This document shows positions 9,019 through 18,162 of a DNA stretch of 64,000 bases, in pieces. A program made the position numbers and the translations under genes. Location of the stretch: sequence record ON529851.1, one strand, 5' to 3'. A model generated the notes under the pieces. The model did not search any database and was not told where the DNA came from. It saw only the letters and a program-made list of their open reading frames with translations. Position 1 is the first letter of the stretch; every line of letters starts with the position of its first letter.

Positions 9019-9374
9019 CAGGCGGGCCACAGCGAGACCGAGCCCGGATCGCGCCAGGACACTTCATAGCCGTGCTGTTGCGCCCAGGCCTCGATCAGCG
9101 GGTGGACCCAGGGATCGAACGGGGCGAACTCGCCCTCGAACTGGCCCTGATAGTGGGCGAAACCGCGACCGTCTTCGGCCGAGACGATAATCTCGCGGAC
9201 GTCATCCTGGGAGGCGAAGGCCGTCGGATGTAGGTCGCGGGTCTCCCATTCGGCCAGGCCGTCGGCCCCGATCACCTCGTTGCCGTCGGCGTTGCGTTTC
9301 AACTTGTAGAACGGGTCCACCACCGTCAGCTTTTTGAGCGATTCGACGGCGTCGTCGCGGGTCTTGAACGGCAT
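9018..9374 (-). CDS. hypothetical protein
   Basis: ATG 9374 with AGGAGG RBS, downstream of box promoter. Confidence 0.7.
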   Translation of the reverse strand: MPFKTRDDAVESLKKLTVVDPFYKLKRNADGNEVIGADGLAEWETRDLHPTAFASQDDVREIIVSAEDGRGFAHYQGQFEGEFAPFDPWVHPLIEAWAQQHGYEVSWRDPGSVSLWPA

Positions 9375-9404
9375 GGGCTTCCTCCTGTTCGTCGTCGACC
9401 TGGA

Positions 9405-9431
9405 TGTAAAGGAACTGTCTGCGGGTGTCAA
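9405..9431 (-). promoter_or_regulatory. promoter with TTCCTTTACA box (copy 3)
   Basis: TTGACA-N11-TTCCTTTACA. Confidence 0.75.
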
Positions 9432-9496
9432 CGGGGTTGTCACTCGTGCGCTTCGCGCCCTCGTGCCCGGCTCCGCCGGCCCCACCTCCGGTCAGG

Positions 9497-10045
9497 CTAG
9501 GCGGCGAAGCGGTCGATCATCCAGTGCAGGTCCTGCGGCTCGAAGGCGTCGAACTCCTCGATCAGGTCGGCGGTCACGGGAAAGGCGATCACTTCAGCCG
9601 AGGCGGGCGGGACGACGCTGCGGCGGCTGTCGGCCACGGCGCCCTTGCCGCGTCCGATACTCTGGCGTGGCTTCGCACCGCGTTTCGGCTTGTAGGTCGC
9701 CTTGCGTCGCAGGGCGTTGCACTGTTTCGACGTCTCGGCGGCGTCGCCCCGTTTCAGCCCAAGCCGATCGAGCCGGCCCAGGATGGCGCTGCGGCTGCGG
9801 TTGCCCATGATCAGACTGATCTCCTGGGCCGTCTTGCCTTCGCGCCAGAGCCGGACCATGTCGTCGACCTCGGCCTGAGGCCAGGCGTGGGTCGGCTTTT
9901 TCGGCTGCGCCGCCCTGCGGGCCTGGACCTTGGCGATCCGGCGCAGTTCCGCCCGTTCCTGAGGATCGACCGGAACCTCCATGTCGTCCCAGTCGCCGGC
10001 GCCGCGCCAGTCGTGGTCCAGGGCGTCTTCCAGGGCCGCCGTCAT
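9497..10045 (-). CDS. gcrA: GcrA-like cell-cycle regulator
   Basis: WPQAEVDDMVRLWREGKTAQEISLIMGNRSRSAILGRLDRLGL matches the GcrA N-terminal HTH pattern (W..E....L..LW..G.S...I...LG..R.A.IG...RLGL). Confidence 0.7.
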   Translation of the reverse strand: MTAALEDALDHDWRGAGDWDDMEVPVDPQERAELRRIAKVQARRAAQPKKPTHAWPQAEVDDMVRLWREGKTAQEISLIMGNRSRSAILGRLDRLGLKRGDAAETSKQCNALRRKATYKPKRGAKPRQSIGRGKGAVADSRRSVVPPASAEVIAFPVTADLIEEFDAFEPQDLHWMIDRFAA

Positions 10046-10311
10046 GACGCCCGCCGGGTCAACATGCGCCGGGGGCGCAGATTTGACCGCCCCGTCCGGG
10101 GAGAGGGGACCAGGCTATAGCCCATCTGCTCGGCGAGCAGGGACGCCAACAGATGGGCCTCGACGCGGGTCATGGTCTGTTCGGTGGTCGAGTGGGGGCC
10201 GGTCAACACATAGGTGACGCCCTTGACGTCAGAGCCTTCCAGCAGGTGCTTGCGCACCTCCAGGCGGATTTTACGCCCGCGTTCGTTGATGAAGTTGACG
10301 TGGCGCTTCAT
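10042..10311 (-). CDS. hypothetical protein
   Basis: 89 aa; coupled. Confidence 0.55.
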   Translation of the reverse strand: MKRHVNFINERGRKIRLEVRKHLLEGSDVKGVTYVLTGPHSTTEQTMTRVEAHLLASLLAEQMGYSLVPSPRTGRSNLRPRRMLTRRAS

Positions 10312-10624
10312 GGTTCCTCACGACAATGAGCGCAAGGTCGCGCTCCATGTTGCAGATTTGGTGGGCGATCACGAAGTTCTCTTCGGAATCCGCGCCGCCG
10401 TCGGCGAACCGCACCACATGTTCATAAGTGGCGCCGTACCGACCGTAGTTCGGTCGCCCCTCCGGGTCCTCGTTCAGGCGCCCGCCGCAATGGCAACAGC
10501 GCCAGTTCTGGGCCTCGCTCAGACGATCCTTCAGGTCCCCGAAGAACTTGGTGTGGATGCGGATGCGGCGGCCGAGGTCGTCATGTTCAGGCTCTTCCGG
10601 CCGCCGCCATTTCCGTTTCTTCAC
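10271..10624 (-). CDS. HNH endonuclease
   Basis: CCHCGG..TYEHVVRFADGG..N..AHQICN; GTG start overlapping the SerRS stop. Confidence 0.75.
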   Translation of the reverse strand: MKKRKWRRPEEPEHDDLGRRIRIHTKFFGDLKDRLSEAQNWRCCHCGGRLNEDPEGRPNYGRYGATYEHVVRFADGGADSEENFVIAHQICNMERDLALIVVRNHEAPRQLHQRTRA

Positions 10625-11931
10625 TCCGCCAGACCGACGCTCGGCAGACGCGACCGCAGATAGGGGACCAGGATGGCCGGCATGTCGACGCCGCCGTCGT
10701 CGGTCTGATGGTTCTCGAACAGCGCCGCCAGGGTGCGCCCGACCGCCAGGCCGGAGCCGTTCAGGCTGTGCAGGTAGCCCAGCTTGCCGTCCGCCTGACG
10801 ATAGCGGCCCTTCATGCGCCGGGTCTGGAAGTCGCCGCACCAGGAGATCGAGGCGATCTCGATATAGCGCTGCTGGCTGGGCATCCAGACTTCCAGGTCG
10901 ATGGTCTTGCGGGCGGCGAAGCCCATGTCGCCGGCGGCCAGCAACACCTTGCGGTAGGGCAGGTCGAGGTATTGCAGGACCGTCTCGGCGCAGGCGACCT
11001 TGCGGGCGAACTCGGCCTCGGCCTGTTCAGGCTCGACCAGCGAGACCAATTCCACCTTGTGGAACTGGTGTTGCCGGATCAGGCCGGTGGTGTCGCGGCC
11101 GGCGGCCCCGGCTTCGGCGCGGAAGCAGGGCGTCAGGGCGGTGAAACGCAGCGGCAGGGCCTCGCGCTCGGTGGTCTGCTCGCGCACCAGATTGGTCAGC
11201 GGCACCTCGCCCGTGGGGATCAGCAGGTTGCCGTCCGTCAACTGGAAGAGGTCGTCCTTGAACTTCGGCCATTGCCCGGTGGCGTACATGACGTTCGGCT
11301 TGACGATGAACGGCACCGACTTCTCGACATAGCCGTGTCGGTGCACATGCAGGTCGAGCATGAACTGGCCCAGGGCGCGCTCGACGCTGGCGAAGGCGCC
11401 CGACAGGACGGCGTAGCGCGATCCGCTCAGCCAGCCGGCGACGGCGCTGTCATAGCTGTCCCCGGCCAGGGTGACATGGTCCTGGGGCTCGACGTAGGCG
11501 CGCCGCTGGCCCCATTCACTGAGAACGATGTTGTTCGCTTCTCCGCCCTCAGGGATGTCCTCGGCAGGCAGGTTCGGCAGTTGGTCCACCAGGCCCTCGC
11601 GGGCCTTGTATAGGGCGTCCTCCTGCTTCGCCAACCGCTCCAGTCGCGGCTTGATCTCGACCATGCGGGCGCGCAGGGTCTCTTCCTCGGTCGGCGGCGC
11701 ATCGTCTTCCCGCGCCGCCACCACGGGCCGATCGCCCCGGCGGAGTTCTCCGATCCGGGTCGAGATGGCGTTGCGTTCGGTCTGGAGCGCCTGGAGTTCG
11801 GTGCGGGTCGTCTGGAGGTCGCGGTGCGTCTCGCGGGCGTCGTCGACGATGGCCTTCACCGCCCCGCCGCGTTTGGCGATCGCCGCGACGACCACGTCCG
11901 GCTCATTGTCGATCAGATGGAAATCAAGCAT
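10621..11931 (-). CDS. serS: seryl-tRNA synthetase
   Basis: N-terminal coiled-coil arm, LIPTGEVPLTN, motif 2 FRAEAGAAGRDT.GLIRQHQFHKVE, motif 3 LNGSGLAVGRT. Confidence 0.92.
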   Translation of the reverse strand: MLDFHLIDNEPDVVVAAIAKRGGAVKAIVDDARETHRDLQTTRTELQALQTERNAISTRIGELRRGDRPVVAAREDDAPPTEEETLRARMVEIKPRLERLAKQEDALYKAREGLVDQLPNLPAEDIPEGGEANNIVLSEWGQRRAYVEPQDHVTLAGDSYDSAVAGWLSGSRYAVLSGAFASVERALGQFMLDLHVHRHGYVEKSVPFIVKPNVMYATGQWPKFKDDLFQLTDGNLLIPTGEVPLTNLVREQTTEREALPLRFTALTPCFRAEAGAAGRDTTGLIRQHQFHKVELVSLVEPEQAEAEFARKVACAETVLQYLDLPYRKVLLAAGDMGFAARKTIDLEVWMPSQQRYIEIASISWCGDFQTRRMKGRYRQADGKLGYLHSLNGSGLAVGRTLAALFENHQTDDGGVDMPAILVPYLRSRLPSVGLAE

Positions 11932-12490
11932 CGTCGTCCTCGTCGTCAGGGGCGTAGGTCGGCTCGATCTTCACGATCTCGCCCTGGGCGTCCAGCAGAT
12001 AGGCCTGCTGTCCGATGGCTGGAGCCGACTTGGCGAAGGCCTGCGCCTCTTCGAGGGTGTTGAACACGGCGCGCGTGAGGCGCCAGCCCCAGAAAATTTC
12101 ATCCAGTGACGGCGGGCTGCGGTCAGAGCACCGCAACCGGTAGGGCGTGTGAAGGTGCGCCTTCATCAAGCCCCATTGGCCGGTCTCTTGGTCCTGCACC
12201 ACACGCCACGGCACGGGAGGCCCCTGCTCGCGCAGCGCCGCCTCCCGCTGATCCGAAGCGGCTTCGTATTCGTCCCAGCGGCGATCGTCGATCTTGCGCC
12301 GTTCCTGATCACGGCGGTGGCCTTCCGACCTGCGCAGGTCTTGCTCGGCAGCGGCTTCGCGACGCTCGGCCTCGACCTGGGAATCATGGGCGGCCCAGGC
12401 GTCGCGCTTGTGGTTGCGCCAGACGATCACGCCGAGCAGCACGAAGATGGCGGTGACGCCGGCGGCGATCACCAGCAGTTGATCCTGCAT
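11924..12490 (-). CDS. membrane-anchored hypothetical protein
   Basis: N-terminal hydrophobic helix followed by a charged helical region. Confidence 0.65.
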   Translation of the reverse strand: MQDQLLVIAAGVTAIFVLLGVIVWRNHKRDAWAAHDSQVEAERREAAAEQDLRRSEGHRRDQERRKIDDRRWDEYEAASDQREAALREQGPPVPWRVVQDQETGQWGLMKAHLHTPYRLRCSDRSPPSLDEIFWGWRLTRAVFNTLEEAQAFAKSAPAIGQQAYLLDAQGEIVKIEPTYAPDDEDDDA

Positions 12491-13035
12491 CAGGTCTTCC
12501 CCTTGATTCGCGCCACGGCGGCGTCATGCCGGGCCTGCATGTCGGCGAGCGCGGCGGGCGTGGTGAGTTTGCGGAAGACCCGCGCGTGGTGGCGTTCATC
12601 GGGCAGGGCCGAGACCAGGAAGCCCTTGATGTCGGCCGGCGTGCCCTCGTGGTCGAGCAGGACCTGGAAGCGCTCGGCCGCCAGGTGCTCGCCCATGTAG
12701 AAGACGGCGGCGCAGGTCTCCAGGCTGACCACGCCCTTATCCATGTCCTCCCAATAGGTGCTCTCGGGAGGCGTCTCGGTGATCGGCCAGACCCCGCGAC
12801 CCTTCAGGACCGTCTCCAGCAGGGCGGCGTGACGCAGTTCGTCGTCGCCGGTCTTCATGAAGATGTTCATGACGCCGATGTTGCCGCCGCTCCAGCGTTT
12901 GGCGGCCTGATAGTTGTCGTCGTAGCCGGCGTGTTCGGTCGCCCACAGCTTCTGAAGCCAGCGGATCATGCGGGCGTCATCGGCCAGCAGCTTGTCCCAC
13001 CATTGACGGGTGAAGGCGTAGTCTTCCGGGGTCAT
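12490..13035 (-). CDS. ferritin-like (di-iron four-helix bundle) protein
   Basis: Paired E..(D)E.RH pattern: ATEHAG / DELRH and MGEHLA / DERHH. Confidence 0.65.
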   Translation of the reverse strand: MTPEDYAFTRQWWDKLLADDARMIRWLQKLWATEHAGYDDNYQAAKRWSGGNIGVMNIFMKTGDDELRHAALLETVLKGRGVWPITETPPESTYWEDMDKGVVSLETCAAVFYMGEHLAAERFQVLLDHEGTPADIKGFLVSALPDERHHARVFRKLTTPAALADMQARHDAAVARIKGKT

Positions 13036-13631
13036 ACGACGACCGTGGGCAGGAGGGCGCGGGCGGGAGCGCCGAGGGGCCGCCCCGTGGCGGTGTAGCC
13101 CCAGGCGGTGTCTTCGGGTTTGAGGCAGGCCGCCAGCCAGCGTTCTGCGTCGGGCGCCGTCGGGAAGCTGAGGCGCGTTTCGACCCGCGCATAATGGACC
13201 TCGAACTTCGGGTCCTCTTGCGGCGGCGCCTCCGTACAGAGGTAGTGGTTATTGCCGTACTGGTCCATCACGTAGTCATGGCCGCGCGATACGAACGGTG
13301 CGCGAATCTCCCGCTTGAGCACGTAGAAGTTCGGGTAGTCCGCCCCCGTCGCCATCCGGATGATGTAGGTCGGGTGAAGGCATTCAGCCTCGAAGGCGGC
13401 GAACGCGGCGACCTTCCGCTCGTCGTAGGCCTCCCACAGGGGCTCGACTTCCTTATGCCGCGCGTACTGGCGCTCGAACTTCAACCGCGCCGCTTCGTCT
13501 CGGGCGGCGTCCTCCGCCTTCTTGGCCTGGGCCTCGCGCCAGCCCCGGTGGAACTTGCCGCTGTGGTAACCGCCGTAGTAGACGCCGAGGCTGACCAGGC
13601 CGCCCAGCAGGAGAGAAAGGTAGATGTTCAC
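13032..13631 (-). CDS. membrane-anchored hypothetical protein
   Basis: GTG 13631 (VNIYLSLLLGG..), N-terminal TM helix; own promoter at 13658-13686. Confidence 0.6.
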   Translation of the reverse strand: MNIYLSLLLGGLVSLGVYYGGYHSGKFHRGWREAQAKKAEDAARDEAARLKFERQYARHKEVEPLWEAYDERKVAAFAAFEAECLHPTYIIRMATGADYPNFYVLKREIRAPFVSRGHDYVMDQYGNNHYLCTEAPPQEDPKFEVHYARVETRLSFPTAPDAERWLAACLKPEDTAWGYTATGRPLGAPARALLPTVVV

Positions 13632-13657
13632 GGAAACCCCGATGTCAGTTTTCGCGA

Positions 13658-13691
13658 CACTAGCTGCCGCGATCACTGGCTGTCAACGCTC
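13658..13691 (-). promoter_or_regulatory. sigma70-like promoter (GAGCG-TTGACA class)
   Basis: GAGCG TTGACA-17 nt-CTAGTG. Confidence 0.55.
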
Positions 13692-14327
13692 GGGGTCAGG
13701 AAAATCTTTCACCAGCAACGCGTCCAGAATGGGCTTGAGGTCCTCGACGTCGCGGGCCTCGGCGAGGCGCATGCGCAACTCCCGCCCGCGCAGGATGGCC
13801 CTCGCCTGGTTGTAGGAGACGCCCAGTTTGGCGCTCAGCGCCTTCACCTCGGGCAGGGCGACGCGGGAGCGGCCGAACGGCGTGACGTCTTCGGCCGGAT
13901 ACTCCGCCGCACCGCCGCCGTCGAACACCACCAGGCGCCGCCCCAGGGTCTCGGCGACAAAGACGCCCTTGCCCCAGTCGTCACGCTCGCGGATGTAGAT
14001 GCGCACCTTGGACCCCGGCGTCAGACCGTCGTCGGTCTCGGTCTTGATCTCGTGCGGGTAGGGATCAGCGTCTTCCAGACGTTCGATCTGGTGCGCCGGC
14101 CAGTTGGCGATCCAGGGTCCAGCCTTATGCGCCACCAGAGGCGCGCACAGGAAGGCCGCTCCCTCGGGCGCGCCGGGATAAAGGGCCACGACCCAACCGC
14201 GCGCGTGCTCATAGCCGTCGCTGAAGACCACACGCGCCGCCTCGCCGACAAGCGGTGCACGGCCCTGCGGGGACCACGCCCGGCGGCGGCTCGGTGCGTT
14301 GCGGGATTTCGAGCGGAACAGGTGCAT
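13683..14327 (-). CDS. hypothetical protein
   Basis: 214-aa ORF; start uncertain. Confidence 0.55.
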   Translation of the reverse strand: MHLFRSKSRNAPSRRRAWSPQGRAPLVGEAARVVFSDGYEHARGWVVALYPGAPEGAAFLCAPLVAHKAGPWIANWPAHQIERLEDADPYPHEIKTETDDGLTPGSKVRIYIRERDDWGKGVFVAETLGRRLVVFDGGGAAEYPAEDVTPFGRSRVALPEVKALSAKLGVSYNQARAILRGRELRMRLAEARDVEDLKPILDALLVKDFPDPER

Positions 14328-14335
14328 AAGGCCCC

Positions 14336-14785
14336 CTAGTGCAGCGTGTGGTGCGGAAAGGCGTCGAGACGAATGATCGCCCCCGCCATCGCCGACGCGA
14401 TCTCTTGCGAGCAGCAGATTTCCACCTCCTCGTTGAAATCGGCGAAAACAATGCTCTCGATGTCGTCGTTGTGGTCTCGCTCCACCGTGATGCAGTAGCC
14501 GTCTTGATCCAGGCCGGGGATGTTATCGGACATGAAGACGACGGTCTCGCTGTCGGGGGCAGGGGCCAGGGGGCGGCGGAACAACAGCCCCACCGCTTCG
14601 GCGAACAGCAAGGCCACCTCGATCGGCGCCTGCAAGATGTCGCCCTCGGTGTGGTCAATGATCGCCACCGCGTCGATCCGGCCCGAGCCCTCACGCGCCA
14701 ACTTGATCTCGAAGCCTTCTTCGAAGCCTTCGGGGTCCTCATTCGACGCGTAAATCGTGGACACAGCGTACTCGGTGAAAATCAT
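14336..14785 (-). CDS. acidic hypothetical protein
   Basis: 149 aa; GGAG RBS. Confidence 0.65.
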   Translation of the reverse strand: MIFTEYAVSTIYASNEDPEGFEEGFEIKLAREGSGRIDAVAIIDHTEGDILQAPIEVALLFAEAVGLLFRRPLAPAPDSETVVFMSDNIPGLDQDGYCITVERDHNDDIESIVFADFNEEVEICCSQEIASAMAGAIIRLDAFPHHTLH

Positions 14786-14817
14786 CCGGTCTCCTTGGCT
14801 TGCGTTCGTTGACAGAA

Positions 14818-15378
14818 CTAGCGCTTATGCTTGCGCGTGTCGGCGCGGTCAAGCGCCTTCTTCCACAGATCGAGCATGCTGCGCTGAATGGAGGCCAGAC
14901 CACGCAATTCCTGGGGCGTGAGCGCGATCCCGTCCAGAAGTCCCGTCTTGCGCATCGCCTTGAAACCGGGGGCGCGCTCGAACTCGGAGGCCGACTTCTC
15001 GATCTGGTCGATGGCGTTCAGACGTTCGGCGGCCGCCGCCAAGCCCTCACGCGCCGCGTCCTGGAAGGCGTAATACAGGCCCTCAGGCAGATCGATCCGA
15101 CAATAGACCTCGCCGGCCTCGTCGCCGCCCGCCTCGTAGAATTGCGGGGTGTACGCCGGGTCCCAGCGCTCCGCCTCCGTGGGGCGACGGATCACCTTGA
15201 GGCCCTGCGTGCCCAGCAGCGCGGCGATCGCATCCTCAATCTCCACAGGCGTCGGGGCCGCCTGCACCTGCTCGGCGTCCACATCCTGATCCAGGTGAGA
15301 CGGGTAGGACAGCATCCACCCCTGATTCTTCAGATGGCGGCGGAGCGTATGGATGTGCGGCGTCAGCGCTTCATCCAT
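14818..15378 (-). CDS. hypothetical protein
   Basis: 186 aa; GGAGG RBS. Confidence 0.6.
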   Translation of the reverse strand: MDEALTPHIHTLRRHLKNQGWMLSYPSHLDQDVDAEQVQAAPTPVEIEDAIAALLGTQGLKVIRRPTEAERWDPAYTPQFYEAGGDEAGEVYCRIDLPEGLYYAFQDAAREGLAAAAERLNAIDQIEKSASEFERAPGFKAMRKTGLLDGIALTPQELRGLASIQRSMLDLWKKALDRADTRKHKR

Positions 15379-15527
15379 CGCGCCGCCTCCCAGGCCACGA
15401 ACATCAGCAGGCCGATGAAGGCGCCCTGCACCAGCGAGCGCGCCAGCCAGCCGATCGTATTGAGGCCCAGCATCAGGACGATGCCGAGCAGGATGCAGAT
15501 GGTCAGGCCGATCAGACGGGTCTTCAA
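15363..15527 (-). CDS. small two-helix membrane protein (54 aa, not in the ORF track)
   Basis: Manual translation MKTRLIGLTICILLGIVLMLGLNTIGWLARSLVQGAFIGLLMFVAWEAARWMKR; TTG overlaps upstream stop. Confidence 0.5.
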   Translation of the reverse strand: MKTRLIGLTICILLGIVLMLGLNTIGWLARSLVQGAFIGLLMFVAWEAARWMKR

Positions 15528-15970
15528 GACTTGGGTTCCTTCAGTTCGGTGAGGGAGGTCACCAGGGCGGCGACGACCTTGCGGCGCCCCGGCGACAGGG
15601 CGGTGAAATCGGCCAGCAGCTTGACGCCGCCCTGGGCCAGCAGGGCCGAGTGCTCGTCCATGAGGGCCGGGTCCGTCGCCGGGAAATTCGACGACGGGTC
15701 CTTGTAGAAGTAGTTGGGCGAGACCTGGAGGGTCTCGGCCAGCAGGTGGATCGTTCCCGCCATCAGCCGGTTTTCGCCGGATTCGTATTTGGCGATCTGC
15801 TGCGGCGTCAGGTTCATCTTCAGGGCCAGAGCCTTCTGGGTCAGGCCGATCTCGGTGCGCCGCGTCAAAAGCCGCGTGGCGATGCGCCGGTCCACCTCAG
15901 CGGTGTTGTAGCGTTCGCCGTTCTTGCGCCCGGTCGAGACCTTCTTGGGCTTCTGGGGAATGTCGGTCAT
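15524..15970 (-). CDS. XRE-family HTH transcriptional regulator
   Basis: RRTEIGLTQKALA..LTPQQIAKYESGENR..I..LAETLQVSPNYFY. Confidence 0.85.
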   Translation of the reverse strand: MTDIPQKPKKVSTGRKNGERYNTAEVDRRIATRLLTRRTEIGLTQKALALKMNLTPQQIAKYESGENRLMAGTIHLLAETLQVSPNYFYKDPSSNFPATDPALMDEHSALLAQGGVKLLADFTALSPGRRKVVAALVTSLTELKEPKS

Positions 15971-15978
15971 AGGTACTC

Positions 15979-18105
15979 TTACGCAATCAGGGGTTCGTAG
16001 CCGCCGTTTTCACGCGTGCGGCGGAAGCAGTTCAGGTGTTCGGGCGGGCGGAGATTCGGGTGCAGCTTCGCCAGGGCCTTCCGGCCGGATTTGGACAGAG
16101 GCGCCTTGACCCTGAAGTCCATCTTCAGCCACGGGTTGTGAACCATCCAGGCGACCGGATCGATCCGGGTGAGCAGGTGATTGCCCTTGTGGTCCGCCTT
16201 GACGTCATGGTGCTGGAGCACGTCGGGCAGGTCCTGGACCGCGACGCCGCAGAGCCAGGCGATGTCCGCCGCCGTGTGAGGGGAGAAGATGGCGGCGTAG
16301 GTCGCCTTGGCCTCGTTGACCGCGCAGAGTTCGCCGCGCCCGTAGCCTTCATAGCTTCCGAGGCTGAAGCCGGCATGGCGGCTCACAAGATCGCCGTAGT
16401 CCACCATCTTGGACGGGATGGTGAGGTCATAGGTCGTCAGGAAGCGCGAATAGGTCTGGCGCAAAGTCCCCTCGCCGACCCTGTGCTCGGCTCCGTGGGC
16501 GGTTGCGTAGGCCGAGAAGCCGTCGCCGGTCGGACGCCCGACCCAGACCTCGCCCAGGGCGGCGACTTCCAGCAGGCGCGCGCGATTGGCCGTGACCCTG
16601 GCCTTGAACCAGGCGAGGACCTCGTCCTTGCGCCGCTCGTACTCGGCTTCCGCCAGGACCTGGACCTGTTTGGCGTAGGTCGCGCGCGCCAGGAACTTGC
16701 GGTCGGCGTCGAGTTGTTCGGCCGGGCCGAAGGCGGTCAGCCGCATGGGCTCGATCGTGGCGACCTTGCGGGCCGCCGCGATGTCATGATTGAAGAAGGG
16801 CTTGAGGGCGCTTTCCTTGTCTTTTTCCGCGACCTTGACCGACTGACCGTCGGCGGGCGTGATCCTGTAGACGTCGCCGGCGTGACCCAGCAGGTTCAAC
16901 GGCGCGTCGCTCAGCGCCGGCGCATAGCGGCGCTCCAGCCAGGCGTTGTGATCGCCGCCCTTCTTGCCCAGCGCCTTCTCATCATGTGCGGCGTCGGGGC
17001 CGATGTCGGCGACCGTCAAGGCCGGCAGGCCCAGGGTCTTGACGTTGGACACCGGCAGGTGGGCCGCCCGCGCCAGCAGGGCCATTTCGTTTTCCGGGCG
17101 GATCATCTCTCCGGTGTAGGAAAGTTGCGGCGCCTTGAAGCCCTGCTTCCAGAACTTCTGCACGATCAGGTCGAGCATCATCGTCAACCAGATGGTCTCA
17201 TGGGCGCCGATCTCGCCGATCTTCTTGGTCTTGACCCCGTCTACGTCGTAGACCGCCAGGTCGGTCTCCTCGCTCGCGGCGAAGATCAGGCGACCCTTCT
17301 CGTCCCAGTCGACGTTGAGCAGTTCGTAGGGATACCAGTTACGCGAGATGCGCGCGTCCATGGCCTTGTCGGGCCGGCGCGCCATCTTCGACGCCAGCGG
17401 ATGGGCGTGCTTGGGTACGTCCGTCAGCACGAACAGGTTGGCGCCGTTGCGGATCGCGAAGGCGAAGAAGGTGTCGTAGATGAAGGGGTCTCGGATCATC
17501 GCCAGGCACACGCCTGACGGGGTCGCGGTCATGGCCCCGAGGAAGGAGTTGATGTTCCAGTATTGGCGGATCGATTCGACGTAGATGGGCTTGACCTGCG
17601 GGTCCTCGCCCTGGCCGTCCAGGAACTGATCGACGTGCAGGTTCTGGAGCGAGCGCAGGGCGTCGCGGCGCAGGATGGCGATGACGTCGGGCTTGGCGAG
17701 CAGGGCCTTGACGTCGTCGCGTTCGGCGGCGCCGTACTGGGACAGGCCCTCGCGCAGCCGCTCGATGAAGGCGTCGCGGGCCTCGACGATCTCGGCGCGG
17801 TCGATGATCGCCAGCAGCTTCTTGGCGGTGGCGACCTGCTCGGCGATCTTCTCGGGGTTCTCCAGCAGGTCCTGCATGTTGGTGGTGGCCGATTTCAGCC
17901 AGTCCATCACATAGACCTTGAACATCAAGGTGGCGGTGATCTCGGTCGGATCGAGTTTCAGCGCCTCGCGCAGCCCATGGTAGGCGTCGCGCACGTTCCA
18001 TTCGCCGATCGTGTACGCCTTGACCTTGCCGTCGGCGTCAACCTTGACGCCGGTCAGGTCGCCCCACAGTTCAATGGCGGCCCAGAGCGGGCTTTCCTCG
18101 TGCAT
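15979..18105 (-). CDS. large hypothetical protein (708 aa)
   Basis: Long ORF, AAGGAGG RBS, directly downstream of a box promoter. Confidence 0.8.
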   Translation of the reverse strand: MHEESPLWAAIELWGDLTGVKVDADGKVKAYTIGEWNVRDAYHGLREALKLDPTEITATLMFKVYVMDWLKSATTNMQDLLENPEKIAEQVATAKKLLAIIDRAEIVEARDAFIERLREGLSQYGAAERDDVKALLAKPDVIAILRRDALRSLQNLHVDQFLDGQGEDPQVKPIYVESIRQYWNINSFLGAMTATPSGVCLAMIRDPFIYDTFFAFAIRNGANLFVLTDVPKHAHPLASKMARRPDKAMDARISRNWYPYELLNVDWDEKGRLIFAASEETDLAVYDVDGVKTKKIGEIGAHETIWLTMMLDLIVQKFWKQGFKAPQLSYTGEMIRPENEMALLARAAHLPVSNVKTLGLPALTVADIGPDAAHDEKALGKKGGDHNAWLERRYAPALSDAPLNLLGHAGDVYRITPADGQSVKVAEKDKESALKPFFNHDIAAARKVATIEPMRLTAFGPAEQLDADRKFLARATYAKQVQVLAEAEYERRKDEVLAWFKARVTANRARLLEVAALGEVWVGRPTGDGFSAYATAHGAEHRVGEGTLRQTYSRFLTTYDLTIPSKMVDYGDLVSRHAGFSLGSYEGYGRGELCAVNEAKATYAAIFSPHTAADIAWLCGVAVQDLPDVLQHHDVKADHKGNHLLTRIDPVAWMVHNPWLKMDFRVKAPLSKSGRKALAKLHPNLRPPEHLNCFRRTRENGGYEPLIA

Positions 18106-18135
18106 ATCAGTCCTCCTTCGTCGTCAACGGGAGGC

Positions 18136-18162
18136 TGTAAAGGAATGTTCCGAGCATGTCAA
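18136..18162 (-). promoter_or_regulatory. promoter with TTCCTTTACA box (copy 4)
   Basis: TTGACA-N11-TTCCTTTACA. Confidence 0.75.

Noticed and set aside
14809-14837. Plus-strand TTGACA as an antisense promoter
   Set aside because: No plausible -10 at 16-18 nt.
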